A stretch of DNA of 63,736 bases, the filler included, from Octopus bimaculoides (lineage: Eukaryota): the NCBI RefSeq assembly GCF_001194135.2. It is 3 parts of 3 records of this genome, joined end to end, with 100 filler letters (N's around TTAATTAATTAA, not from the genome) between each part and the next. Parts side by side here need not be neighbours in the genome. Positions count along the whole stretch, not along the records: positions 1 to 26,658 come from NC_068982.1; 2 more parts are not named here. One strand, given 5' to 3'. Position numbers and translations under genes: made by a program. Of the stretch, positions 11,759 to 24,699 are shown piece after piece. How positions within the stretch are numbered: position 1 is the stretch's first letter; the number at the start of each line of letters is the position of its first letter. Below the pieces are notes generated by a model, which searched no databases, was not told the DNA's origin, and saw only the letters and a program-made list of their open reading frames with translations.

Positions 11759-13169
11759 TGAGGGGGTACCCAAAAGAAACTGGAATTTTGCTATATTATT
11801 TTATTCACTTAGTTTTACATGTTTACACTTGTATCGCCTTCAAAAGTATTCTCCATTTGAAGCATCGCATCGGTCCAGATGCATTTTCCACTGTTCGAAG
11901 CAGTGCTAGAACTTTTGCGAAGTGATGCCTTTTAAAGCCTACGTCGTTTTTTTCTTCACTTCTTCCATATCTGCAAATTCCGTAGCACCAGCTTTCATCA
12001 TCAGTGATGACTTTCGTAAAAAGATCCGGATGAACTTCCAACTGTTCTTTTAGTTCATGACACGCATTCAGTAGTAACTGACAAATTTTGCTGCAACTGT
12101 TTTTATTTGCAATTCTTCACTCAAAATTCGTTGGCAGGAGCTCCAGGACATACCAGTCGTATCAACAAGTTCATCAATTGTTCAGTGAGGGTCCTCCAAG
12201 GTCAGTTCATGAAGTTTCATCACGTTTTCATTCGTCCGGGAGGTCGACATTGGTCTTCATTCCTAAAGCGTAAAACTTCGTAAACTTGTGTTTTGCTCAT
12301 GGCAGCGTCCTTGTAAGCTGTTTGAAGCATGACAACTCTTTCGGCCGCCGTTTTTCTCAGCAGAAAACAGAATTGTATGTATGTATGTATGTTTACACTT
12401 TTATCACCATCAAAGTATTCTCCATTTGAAACAATGCATCGGTTCAGGCGCTTTTCCACTGTTCGAAGCAGTGCTGGAACATCTCTATCATTTTATTCTT
12501 CACCTCTTCCACATCTGCAAATTTCGTAGTGATGACCTTCGAAAAAGATCCGGATCAACTTCCAACTGTTCTTTTAGTTCACGACACGCATTCAGTCATG
12601 ACTGCTTTTCATCTTCTGTGAGCAAGCGAGGCACAAATTTTGCTGCAACTCTTTTCATTTGCAATTCTTCGTTCAAAATTCGTTGCCAGGAGCTCCAGAA
12701 CACACTAGTCATATCAAGTTCGTCAATTGTTCGGTGGCGGTCCTCCAAGATCATTTCAAGAATTTTCATGATGTTTCCTTCGTTCGGGAGGTCGAAGGTC
12801 GTCCCGAATGAGATTGGTCTTCAAAGCGACAAGTGTCCATTCCTAAAGTGTGAAAAACCACCCGTAAACTTGTTTTGCTCATGGCAGCGTCCTTGTAAAC
12901 TGTTTGAAACATAACTGTTTCGGCCGCCATTTTCCCCAGAATTTCACGGAAGCATGCTGTTCCTTCGTTTCAGCTATCGCAAAAATCGACGAACAGAGAA
13001 GAACTGCAAAACAAAGACGCACCACGTGGCAGTACGACATCATCCAACGATGCCAGTTGGTAGGCTGGTGCCTGAGGGTTTCATCATCTGGCTTCTTGCG
13101 GTGGAAGCCTGAACTACAACGGGCTTGTTGCACAGAGAACGTTTCCGGTTACTTTTGGGTACCTCCTCG
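11759..13169 (-). mobile_element. Mariner (Tc1/mariner) defective element containing two internally deleted transposase bodies
   Basis: 27-bp TIRs at 11759-11785 and 13143-13169 (4 mismatches), with TA at both ends. Minus-strand remnants include KTAAERVVMLQTAYKDAAMSKTQVYE (HTH), VITDDESWCYG (catalytic D motif) and CFEQWK..L.RCI.SNGEYF (C-terminus), mostly present twice; frameshifted. Confidence 0.9.
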
Positions 13170-14431
13170 TATTCTTAGAGCGTGTTAACCTTGCGGAAAG
13201 CCAGCCATCTACCTTTTTGTAATGCGTTCGAACACATTATTAATTAGCTGGTGGTCTCTTTCTCCATTCAGTCAACTATTTCGCCTCTATAATATCAGCA
13301 TTACATACAGTATACACATTTTGTTTTTTCTTAAGGTTGAAGGTTTTATTCAAGTCTGACGAAGATATAGACAAATCAAATTATCTGATCAATTTCTGGC
13401 GATGCTTACGTCGAAATAAATTTCATACAAGGTGTTTAAATTAGCACCTCATCTTTGAATGTTTCAAAGAATAGAGTATTTGATGAGTGTTCATCTGTGA
13501 TGAACAAAAAAAAAAAAGAAGAAAATAAAAACATTCTAATTAGACACGAGGTCTGGTTATAATGTTGCAAAGTTCTTAGTTGATGTGTCCGGAAATTTAC
13601 AAACACAGAAGCTTTTATTAATTAACAATGAATTAAATACGTGCCACAGGGATTGTTCGAAGAAATGCACTTAAATTAAGGTCGGGAAATGTGTGTACAG
13701 ATAACACCATTCAATTAGATTTTATGGTTCAGTTTCAAATTCTACCTGGTCAACTTAGCCATTGAATCCTTTATAGTTAACAGAAGGGTGTCAGTACATT
13801 TTGTAACAAACTTTATTGCATAGCAGTTAGCAAAAGCGACAATCCTTGCTTTCGAAAGCACCCCCCCCCTCTCTCTCTCTCTCTCNNNNNNNNNNNNNNN
13901 NNNNNNNNNNNNNNNNNNNNNNNNNNNNNNNNNNNNNNNNNNNNNNNNNNNNNNNNNNNNNNNNNNNNNNNNNNNNNNNNNNNNNNNNNNNNNNNNNNNN
14001 NNNNNNNNNNNNNNNNNNNNNNNNNNNNNNNNNNNNNNNNNNNNNNNNNNNNNNNNNNNNNNNNNNNNNNNNNNNNNNNNNNNNNNNNNNNNNNNNNNNN
14101 NNNNNNNNNNNNNNNNNNNNNNNNNNNNNNNNNNNNNNNNNNNNNNNNNNNNNNNNNNNNNNNNNNNNNNNNNNNNNNNNNNNNNNNNNNNNNNNNNNNN
14201 NNNNNNNNNNNNNNNNNNNNNNNNNNNNNNNNNNNNNNNNNNNNNNNNNNNNNNNNNNNNNNNNNNNNNNNNNNNNNNNNNNNNNNNNNNNNNNNNNNNN
14301 NNNNNNNNNNNNNNNNNNNNNNNNNNNNNNNNNNNNNNNNNNNNNNNNNNNNNNNNNNNNNNNNNNNNNNNNNNNNNNNNNNNNNNNNNNNNNNNNNNNN
14401 NNNNNNNNNNNNATATATATATATATATATA

Positions 14432-15025
14432 TACATGCATAATGGGTACAGGACGTCACCAACGGTTCAAACAACATGAAATACGTAAACAACGAGAAAA
14501 AAATGTGAAACAGGACAGGTAAACACAGGCAAAGGACCGTTCATCAGTTATCGGCTGTCTATCTACTTCTCATTTCGAGCATTCAACGACAATATGAGTC
14601 TTCAAAGACAGATGCTCTCATAAATTCTAAAATGAAATCGAGGATTTATGGAGGGCCAAAGTTGGGAACAAAAACATGACAGTGGAGACATACAAGGAAA
14701 CCGAGCGAAAACAAACATAGAGGGTCGTTCGGTTTCCTTGTATGTCTCCACTGTCATGTTTCTGTTCTCAACTTTGACCCTCTATAAAGCCTAAATTTTT
14801 CAAAGAATTTATGAGAGCAACTGTCTTTGAAAACTCATATTGTCGTTGAATGCTCAAAATGAGGAGTAGACAGACAGCTGACAACTGATGAAAGGTCCTT
14901 TCTCTATGTTTACTTGTCCTGCTTTCCATTTTTCTTACCTCGTTGCTTACATATTTAACTCGTTTGTTTACGTATTTCATGTTGTTTGAACCGTTGGTGA
15001 CGACTTGCACCTATATATGCATGTA
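14432..15025. repeat. About 600-bp foldback (long inverted repeat) flanked by (TA)n
   Basis: Arms at about 14432-14708 and 14725-15025 are reverse complements (e.g. catgacagtggagacatacaaggaaaccga / tcggtttccttgtatgtctccactgtcatg), separated by a 16-nt loop. Confidence 0.9.
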
Positions 15026-16010
15026 TATATGTGTGTGTGTGTGTATTATTTACTATTTAATTGAACGCCACACATCCATTTTCAAGCATATATATATATA
15101 TATATANNNNNNNNNNNNNNNNNNNNNNNNNNNNNNNNNNNNNNNNNNNNNNNNNNNNNNNNNNNNNNNNNNNNNNNNNNNNNNNNNNNNNNNNNNNNNN
15201 NNNNNNNNNNNNNNNNNNNNNNNNNNNNNNNNNNNNNNNNNNNNNNNNNNNNNNNNNNNNNNNNNNNNNNNNNNNNNNNNNNNNNNNNNNNNNNNNNNNN
15301 NNNNNNNNNNNNNNNNNNNNNNNNNNNNNNNNNNNNNNNNNNNNNNNNNNNNNNNNNNNNNNNNNNNNNNNNNNNNNNNNNNNNNNNNNNNNNNNNNNNN
15401 NNNNNNNNNNNNNNNNNNNNNNNNNNNNNNNNNNNNNNNNNNNNNNNNNNNNNNNNNNNNNNNNNNNNNNNNNNNNNNNNNNNNNNNNNNNNNNNNNNNN
15501 NNNNNNNNNNNNNNNNNNNNNNNNNNNNNNNNNNNNNNNNNNNNNNNNNNNNNNNNNNNNNNNNNNNNNNNNNNNNNNNNNNNNNNNNNNNNNNNNNNNN
15601 NNNNNNNNNNNNNNNNNNNNNNNNNNNNNNNNNNNNNNNNNNNNNNNNNNNNNNNNNNNNNNNNNNNNNNNNNNNNNNNNNNNNNNNNNNNNNNNNNNNN
15701 NNNNNNNNNNNAGAGGCAGTGTATATGGCTTCGCAACACTCCCAACCAGCCACCCTAAGATCTGCGAGATTGACGTTTTTAACTGCTTAAACTGTTGTAT
15801 GCTGACACCTTCAGGAAAGACAGGGGCAAGAAAGGATTTCCAGAGGTCGGCATTCTGGGAAGGAAGGACAATGAGCAGTAGTTGATGTGATGAATAGGGG
15901 TAGGAATAGACATTACATTAGTGTCGAGAGGATAAAAGACGAGTCGGCAGGGCTAGAGCGAAGGTTGTACGATACTAAGAAATACCAAGAAGCAGATGCT
16001 CATATAGTAG

Positions 16011-16044
<34 letters not shown>

Positions 16045-16115
16045 GGGGAGATAGAGAGAGAGAGAGAAAGAGAGAGAGATAGAGAGAGAGAGGGGAGATA
16101 ATGTACTTGGACCAG

Positions 16116-16332
16116 AAGGCAGCGAGCTGGCAGAAACGTTAGCACACCGGGCGAAATGTTTAGCGGTATTTTGTTTGTCTTTACGATCTGAGTTCAAATT
16201 CCGCCGAGGGCGACTTTACCTTTCATCCTTTCGGATATCGATAAATTAAGTACCAGTTGCATACTGGGGTCGATGTAATCGACTGCCAACCCCTCCCCCA
16301 AAATTTCGGACCTTGTGCCTAGAGTAGAAAAG
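16116..16332 (+). mobile_element. tRNA-derived SINE, family A (CORE-like central cctttcatcctttcggggtcgataaa-taagtaccag motif)
   Basis: Head aaggcagcgagctggcagaaacgttagc with B-box gagttcaaattcc. Further copies at 25776-25962(+), 41634-41812(+), 41931-42140(+), 32557-32728(-), 28873-29060(-), 29107-29226(-) and 57022-57190(-). Confidence 0.85.
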
Positions 16333-17996
16333 CATATACTTGAATTAGAAACTACAATGTATCTATGAGTGATTTTATGTCAATCAGTTGAGTGGTCTTA
16401 CTTTGGGTGTGGTCAAAGTTATCTTCCGTTAGCATCATGGGACCTTGGTCAGTCTCCAATCAATGTCGACTGCAGCTTTTATTGAGCCCCACACCCAAAT
16501 TGGCAAGTATTTACTACCGCGATCTTCATTTGTATCTTTTATCTTTTACTTGTTTCAGTCATTAGACTACGGTCATTCTGGAGCAACGTCTTGAGGAACC
16601 TTTAGTCGAATGAATTGATTCCAGTACTTTTTTTTTAAAGATTGATAATTATTCTATAGATTTATTTTGCCGAACCGTTCCGTGTCAAGCGGTGAGTGGG
16701 GGGGGGGGATAAACACACACACACACACACANNNNNNNNNNNNNNNNNNNNNNNNNNNNNNNNNNNNNNNNNNNNNNNNNNNNNNNNNNNNNNNNNNNNN
16801 NNNNNNNNNNNNNNNNNNNNNNNNNNNNNNNNNNNNNNNNNNNNNNNNNNNNNNNNNNNNNNNNNNNNNNNNNNNNNNNNNNNNNNNNNNNNNNNNNNNN
16901 NNNNNNNNNNNNNNNNNNNNNNNNNNNNNNNNNNNNNNNNNNNNNNNNNNNNNNNNNNNNNNNNNNNNNNNNNNNNNNNNNNNNNNNNNNNNNNNNNNNN
17001 NNNNNNNNNNNNNNNNNNNNNNNNNNNNNNNNNNNNNNNNNNNNNNNNNNNNNNNNNNNNNNNNNNNNNNNNNNNNNNNNNNNNNNNNNNNNNNNNNNNN
17101 NNTGTGTGTGTGTGTGTGTGTGTGTGCGTATTTGTCCCTCCAACATCACTTGACAACCGATGCTGGTGTGTTTACGTCACAGTAATATAGCGGTTCGGCA
17201 AAAGAGACCGATAGAATAAGTACTAGGCTTACAAAAAATAAGTCCTGGGATCGATTTGCTCGACTAAAGGTGGTGCTCCAGCATAGCCGCAGTCAAAGGA
17301 CTGAAGCAAGTAAAAGAATAAAAGAATACGTATGATGGGATTCTTACCACATAGCTACAACTGCACCCACATTCATGTTTTTTTTTCTGTGGCACTCCTT
17401 GTTCTTACTCTTGGAAATAGTCATTTGCAGTATGTCAAAGGGCTCCATCATTTGGAGGTGAGAGAGAGAGGAAAAAGTTCGATTGTACTGAATCCAATAC
17501 TTGTTTGATACAGAGATTATAAATTCTGGAAGAAAGAAAAGTAAAACGAACAAGAGTGGGATTTGAACTTAGACGCTAAAAGCCAAAAGCTAAATGTAAC
17601 TAAACATTGCGCCCGACGCTCTAATACTTCTACCAATCCATCGCTGTGACCAAGTCCTACGCCACACACGCGCGAGCACACACACACATCACGCACATAT
17701 ACATATATACATTCACTAATATGACACAAAGAAGTAGCATCACCATTTCGTGTTGCTTGAAATTCCTGTCAAATCTTTCAAATTACATCCTGTTGTCTTC
17801 AAAAAATAGGAAGGACATTTTTGAGGATATAATCATAGATACGCTTAGTTTATATAGTATTAAAAATAAAAAATGGACCGGAAGATCTTAACTGGAATGC
17901 TTCTTTTTTTGATCATAGGTTTACTCGATCAGTTCTGAGACATGGGGCTACACAGTAACATAAATACACGCACGCACGCGCAGAAATGCTTGCGTA

Positions 17997-18159
17997 TTTT
18001 GTATGTATGTGCATGCGTGGCATGCGTTCGTGTAAGGTCACTTGCATGTATGTGTGTATGTATGTATGTATGTATGTATGTGTGTGTGTATGTATGTATG
18101 TATGTATGTATGTGTGTGTGTATGTATGTATGTATGTGGGTGTGTATGTATGTATGTGC

Positions 18160-18190
<31 letters not shown>

Positions 18191-18420
18191 TGTATGTGCG
18201 TATGCATGTATGAACGTACGTACGTATGTATGCATGTATGTATGTACGTATGTGTGTGTGTATGTATGTATGTGGGTGTGTATGTATGTGCATATGTATG
18301 TATGTATGAATGTATGTGCGTATGTATGTTTGTATGTATGTATGTTTGTATGTATGTATGCATGTCTACACGCGTATGCGCGGATGCGTGTATGTGTTTT
18401 GGTATGTATGTGTATGTGCG
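17997..18420. repeat. Compound (TATG)n/(TG)n microsatellite
   Basis: Directly visible; explains ORFs 17913-18523. Confidence 0.95.
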
Positions 18421-19954
18421 CGTTGTAAATGTATTTTCCTCCCATTTAACCTTTACAACGATGGCTTTTGTCGCGATACGAATTATTTCCCTCAGAGATT
18501 TTTTCAGAAATAAAATAAAATAAAGTATAACGTATAAATCATAGTATGCTGGCCTTTAAATAGACCAGAAATTATACGTTTATAGAACAGACCTGTTGTT
18601 CTACAGGACAGACTAGAATCTAGAGTCTTCAAATTTTGTCTTCTTTGTTGCTGTATAAATAAATATATTCGTTCTTCGGTCAATTGCTTGCTGTGGTGGT
18701 ACTAGAAAATAAGTGTAAAGAGAATGTACATGAGAGAGAGAGAGGGGGGAAGGGAAAGAGAGAAGGCAATGTAAAGGAATACAAGAAAGAGAGCATTAAA
18801 GAAAAAGCGAGAGGGAAGAACCGTAAAAGAACGAAGTAAAGAAAGAAAGAAGAAGAAGAAAAAAAAGAAAGAAAGAAAATATTTAAAACTACAAAATGTT
18901 CCAGTTTGGGAATATGAGAGTGAGTAGAGAAAGATTGTTTAAAAAAACGTATGAGTGAGGGAGCGACAAAAAAGATAGTGAATAAAAAAAAAGTAATGAA
19001 GATTAAAAGAAAGTTAAAGGGTGAGAGATAGATAGTAAAATAGGAAGAAAGAGAGAAAGAACGAAGTGAAGTAACAGTGAACGCTGTATCGCACTTCTGG
19101 CGCATATCATGTCTAACAAGGCGACTTTTAGGCTAGGGGCGATGATTAGATGAACCCATGCCAGACAGAGCCTGATATTGTATAGATCAACTCTACAGCA
19201 TTTATTTGACAGATATTTTTTCAGATAAACGATATCAAGATTGTAATGTACCTAGATAATGGTCTTGTTGGTTAATTAGTTAGCTAAGCGTATTCTAAAG
19301 CCATACCGAGGTGGACAGATAACTCCTTGTAGCTAGCGCATGGTTAAAACAATCTTAGTCATAATATTCCGCTATGATTTGCTCATATCGAGGACGTTTT
19401 ATAAGACTACTGAATTGACCTCAGTTCTTTATTTTATTTACTCTTGAAGAATGAAAGGATCTGAACCTAGAACGTAAAAGACAGTATTAAACACTGCAGG
19501 AATTTCATCCAACGTTCTTACAATTCTACCACTCAATCGCTGTTATCAAATTCTATTTTCCGTCTTTATTCATTACCTACCTATCCATCCATTTTCTCCG
19601 TTCACTATTCTGAGAGGGTCGTCAAGGTAGCGTCCTCGGGTATTTCTCCTATGGGGTCCTGTCAGAAGCAACAGTCATTATACTTTCCCGTTGGATACCC
19701 AAGACTATGAATGGTCTGCCACTGGATATCTTCCCTAATAAATATAAATTTTGGACGAAATGCGCTTCTACGACCCGTTTTAGATGTCTCTTTTCTTCAC
19801 GGTACACCAACACTCACAATATTTCAATTCATAATTTTTCTATATAGGCGCAGGCGTGTCTGTGTGGTAAGAACTCTGCTTCCCAATCGCATGGCTCCGG
19901 ATTCAATCCCCTGTGTGGCAAAATACTTGGGAAAGTACCTTCTGTTATAGCCTC

Positions 19955-21308
19955 GTATACTAGGCCAAAATCACAGACTGCAATGGAATAGCAAAGACGT
20001 ATATCGGAATGACGGGCAACTCGTTTAAGGAAAGGTATACACAATATCTGGCGTCATTCAGAGACAAAAACAAAAATCATGCAACATCTTTGTCAAATAG
20101 GATATGGACATTGAAAGAAGGTAGAATAAGCAACCCCTAGATAGAATGGAAAATTATTGCTAAAGCCAAAAAATACAGAACTCTGTATTACTGAAAAATT
20201 AAACATTATACAATCAACAGATAACATCTTAAACATTAGGGATGAAACATTCTCTCCTTGCATACACAGTATTTTACATTCAAATATTTCAAAGAAGAGA
20301 CCCTATCCGCGACGGTAACCCCGCCAGGATAGCCCCACTCCTAAACGCGAACACACATAACACACAAACTTCACACAAAGAAGAAATATACCTCAGAAAC
20401 GAAGTATAAAAACACCATGCCCAGAACAAAGCCAAAATAATGCAAACAAATTGACCACACAAGAAATTTGTCCAAAAGATAAATCTAAGGGAGACAAGCA
20501 TCCAAAAGATGCCGCCCCAAGAGTATATATACTGTATAAAGGATCGTGGGTAAGGCCAGAACAATGCGAAGTAAATGCAAGGCAAATCCCAAGAAAACAA
20601 ATATGAATTTATGTAGACTGACCTTGCATTCAATATTTTGGGGTTATGACCACATTTTCAAGAAACTGACGAATGTTGCCGATGTGTGTGTATGTGAACG
20701 TGTGTGGAGTGGACATACGCGGAAAGGTGTTGCATAGATTCTCTGAGGCCATCCTCATACACCAAAGAAAACCAAATATCAACAACAGAAGAGAGTTACT
20801 GGAAGCTAGCTGGTTGCTATGCAACACCTTTCCGCGCATGTCCACTCCACATACGCTCACATACACACACATCGGCAACATTCGTCAGTTTCTTGAAAAT
20901 GGGGTCATAACCCTGAAATATTGAATGCATGGTAAGTCTACATTAATTCATATATTTGTTTTCTTGGGATTTGCCTTGCATTTACTTCGCACTGTTCTAG
21001 CCTTACCCACGATCCTTTATACAATACATTCTGCACAATACTTTATAGTAATTTTCCATTATATATGTATACATACCCACACATGCACACACGCACACGT
21101 CAAGGTCACCAGTCTCCATCCACACGCACATGCACGCTCTCACATACACATGCACGCGCACCTTCGTTTTGGGATCAACACTATTTTATTATCTCCCCTT
21201 CATCCTAGCTCTCTTGTCTGACCCCTCTGTTCAGCATTCGCCAAACTAATACATCTGTTTGTTGTTTACACACCCGTCTTCGTCTTTTTTTTTTTCGTAA
21301 AGTCTCAC
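19955..21308 (+). mobile_element. Penelope-like element 3' relic with GIY-YIG endonuclease remnant
   Basis: From 19955: VY*AKITDCNGIAKTYIGMTGNSFKERYTQYLASF...SLSNRIWTLK...*IEWKII, then after a frameshift LCITEKLNIIQSTDNILNIRDETFSPCIH. It has the YIG...R and LC..EK..I...LN.R.E...C.H motifs, two stops, and is interrupted by a MITE. Confidence 0.8.
20532..21024. mobile_element. MITE with about 205-bp TIRs and probable TA target duplication
   Basis: Arms 20533-20737 and 20817-21023 are reverse complements with few mismatches around a 79-bp spacer. TA at 20530-20531 and 21025-21026 (one terminal mismatch). Confidence 0.8.
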
Positions 21309-21392
21309 TATATATATATATTTGTGTGTATGTGCGTGTGTGTGTATGTATGTATATATCTATATCTATATCTATATCTATATCTATCTATC

Positions 21393-21424
<32 letters not shown>

Positions 21425-22574
21425 GCGCGCATTGTTAAATGACTCAAAAATGTATATCAGTAGTAGACGAAAATTGTCCGGCAGTGGTGGTGGTATTGCT
21501 AGATGCTCATTTCTACCTTCGTGAGCTTCGTCAGTAGCATGTCCACACTGGCGACTGCATGCTAGGTCAAAATCCGTCGTAATTAATATAGGAAAACAGT
21601 AATTAAAAAAAGACCACTGAAGATGCAATTAGCCGGTCGGCTGAATATAAATTGGTTATGCGCAACATAAGCCATATTAGTTTAGAATATCACAATGCGT
21701 GGTTCTTATTTGAAAATTTTTGATCATTTATCTCCTCGACAAGGGATGTTCTGGGGCTAAACATCATCATCATCATGATTAACAACAACTACTGCAGCAG
21801 CAGCTGCAGCAACAACATCGAACTAGCATGGGAGCTTAAACGTGGTTGTTTTTGTTGTTTAAGCCTAGATTGAGTCTCATCAAGCAAACTTATGACCGTC
21901 TCGCCGTTTTGCATTCTTTAATGTTTCTGTCTTTTTAAAGACGGTAGAGTATGGTTTGTAGGACATTTGGTTGCTATATTTAGCATGTCGGTCGAGCGAC
22001 CAAATGGAGAGCTCCCTCATTGATTTGCCTACACGTTGTACTTCGACCTGCTATATATAGCAATCAAATGAGTCTTAACACACGCCCAGCTATTTTAAAA
22101 AAGAGACAGATACATCAGTTAATAAATTGCTATGTAACAAAGAAACCAATCGGTTCGATCCTTATTCCGAGTTATCGAAAATCCTCTCATGGGGACTTAA
22201 ATTTACAGCTAAACTAAACACATACGGATATGACACCGTATATTTATTTATTTATTAACTTACTCGGTATCTAGTTTGGCATCTCAACGACTGTCTTGTC
22301 TATAACGATTACAGGAAAAAAACGAAGAAGCCGTTTCCTAATAATGAAGTTGGCCTGATCCTAAGAAATCAGTAATAATCTTGCAGAGAATGTAGAGATT
22401 CACGCTGATATCTGTCTCTTCAATCTCTACTTTTATTTTTTCGTTCCGTTTTCTGTCTATTTATCTTGTGTCCATTTTCTGGCTTGTTTCCTGTATTTTC
22501 TTTCTTTATCAGTTTTACATCGTTTCAGCTTTCTTTGTTTTGTAATGTAACGCAGTACTTTGACTTAATAAAAC

Positions 22575-22624
<50 letters not shown>

Positions 22625-24699
22625 GTTATTATTATTATTATTATTATTCATTTATTTCTGTAGCCCCCCCCCCCATCTATCTGTTGAATGTTGCCCTTCT
22701 GTAAACAGAAGATCATCGTTGCAGGTCGTCATCCCTTGTTATCTGGAGTTGGGAGGGTTCAGCGTTAGTACAGAAGTCCGGCAACTGAATAAGTGGCGAT
22801 TGATAAGGGAATGGGAGAGAAAGTGCTGTCACTGAGTCTTGCTCCCATTATTCTCTCTCTCTTTCTCTCCCCCTCTCTCTCTCACTTATACACACACTTT
22901 CTCTCTCTCTTCCCTTTTCCTCCCTCCATCCCAATTCTCTCTTTCTTCTCCTTTCCTCCTCCTGTCCCGATTCTCTCTCCCTCTCTCACCTACACACCCA
23001 CACACTCAATTATTGCTTTTAAGAGCAATTAGCAACTTCTGATCAGTTTAACTTTCAAGAAAGCAAGAGATGTCTTCGTCGTCTAATCATCATCATCAGC
23101 AGCAGCAGCAGCACCTCCTCCTCCTCCTCCCTCCTCCTTCTCCTCCCTTATTGTTTCTGTAACTCTTTAGTGGTTAATAAAGAAACCGTTATTATTATTA
23201 ATAATAATATTTTATAAGAGCTGCAAGCAAGCAGAATTATTAGGCTACCTTGTGTTATTTGTTCCGGCTCTTAACATTCAAATCCCGATGGCGTCAGTTT
23301 TGCCTCTCATCCTTCTGGAGTCAATAAAATAAAGTATCAGTCCAGTACTGGTGTTGTTGGTATCGACTTACACTTTTCCCTAAAAACTGCTGGGTTTCTC
23401 TCTAAATTAGAAACAGCTATTATAGTGGTCTTTGTTTTGTTTCTTAACTGAGGAAGATGTTTGTCTTTTCTTTTTTCGTAGCTCCGTTACAGATTGTTCA
23501 ATACGAATACTTTTACCAAATTTGAGTGACTTTTTCTGTTATGATTCATTTGCAATTTATTCAAGAAAAGTTATTAAAATATTGTTCGATTTTTAAGCAA
23601 AACCATCATTCGACATTTCAAAGGGTTTACATGATACCAACATTCAACGCAAACATGTCAGTGAAACACGTTTACAAAATGGGAGAAAGCTTAGACTTTT
23701 GAACAAAAAAGACACCAAAACAACTAACAGAACAAAAGCGTTATTAAAAAATATTGAACAAGTTTTGACAAATAATAATAATTCCAGTTTTTTAGTATAA
23801 ATTTTAGCGAAGTTAGCGAAATTGACGACTCGAGAGGAAAACAGTGAGCAGAAGAAAACAGTGAGCGAGCTTAGAACTTTCATATTTACTTGCAACAACT
23901 GACACATATTGAATGGAAAATCTAGCCGAAAAGATATCTACTAGGCATAATCTAGTGTCAAAAACAAATCCAAGTCTCCTAGATCTTTTGATCAAGAAAG
24001 GGGAAAACGGATGCCATCGACTTATGCATTACCAAATATGGCGTGAATTTCCTCTTGTCATCGAGAAAACATTTGGAATTTCAGAACTGTATGCCAGGCT
24101 TTTAAGACTGAGGACGGGGCGAAGAGTTTGACCGAGTTGTTAAGTCAGACACCTACTGTTGCATCGGTGACATACAACATAGAGCGATGAAATACGATGA
24201 TAATGATAATGGCAACGACAAATCCCTGGCCCATCGTCACCGTTGTAGCACACCATAGTAAAGTTGTGATTGCTCGCAATGGTCAGGAATGTTGTCGAAT
24301 GAAATCTCAATGGATATACAATTCCTTATGACTCCCGAGAACCACAGAACCATACCCGCGTGTGGTTCTGTCGAGGTTTCGAAATGGAGAGGTTATGTGA
24401 CAACAAAAGCCACTCGAAGGATTTCTGTCCCAAAAAGCTCAAAAGACATATTCATCAGTTTTGCAGCTTATGGAGAATGTCTATGGAGGCGGATGAAGAC
24501 GCAAGCACGCATACACGTAGCACACACACACACACTTGTAATGTATGTATATGTTTGAGTGTATGTATATGTTTGAGTGTATGTATATTTATAATATATA
24601 TGTATATATACGCATAGACACGAGTGTTGAATTGAAAGTAATGCAAAAGTGAACGCAGCATTTTATTAACTGACAGAAGTCGTTCAAAACGTATGTGTT

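Noticed and set aside
14886-14910. CTGATGA inside the 600-bp foldback as a hammerhead (also ctgacga near 13356)
   Set aside because: No stem II followed by GAAA.
17913-18523. His/Thr/Tyr- or Cys/Val/Met-rich ORFs (also 26.1, 35.4, 48.9-51.4 and 56.2 kb)
   Set aside because: Microsatellite translations.
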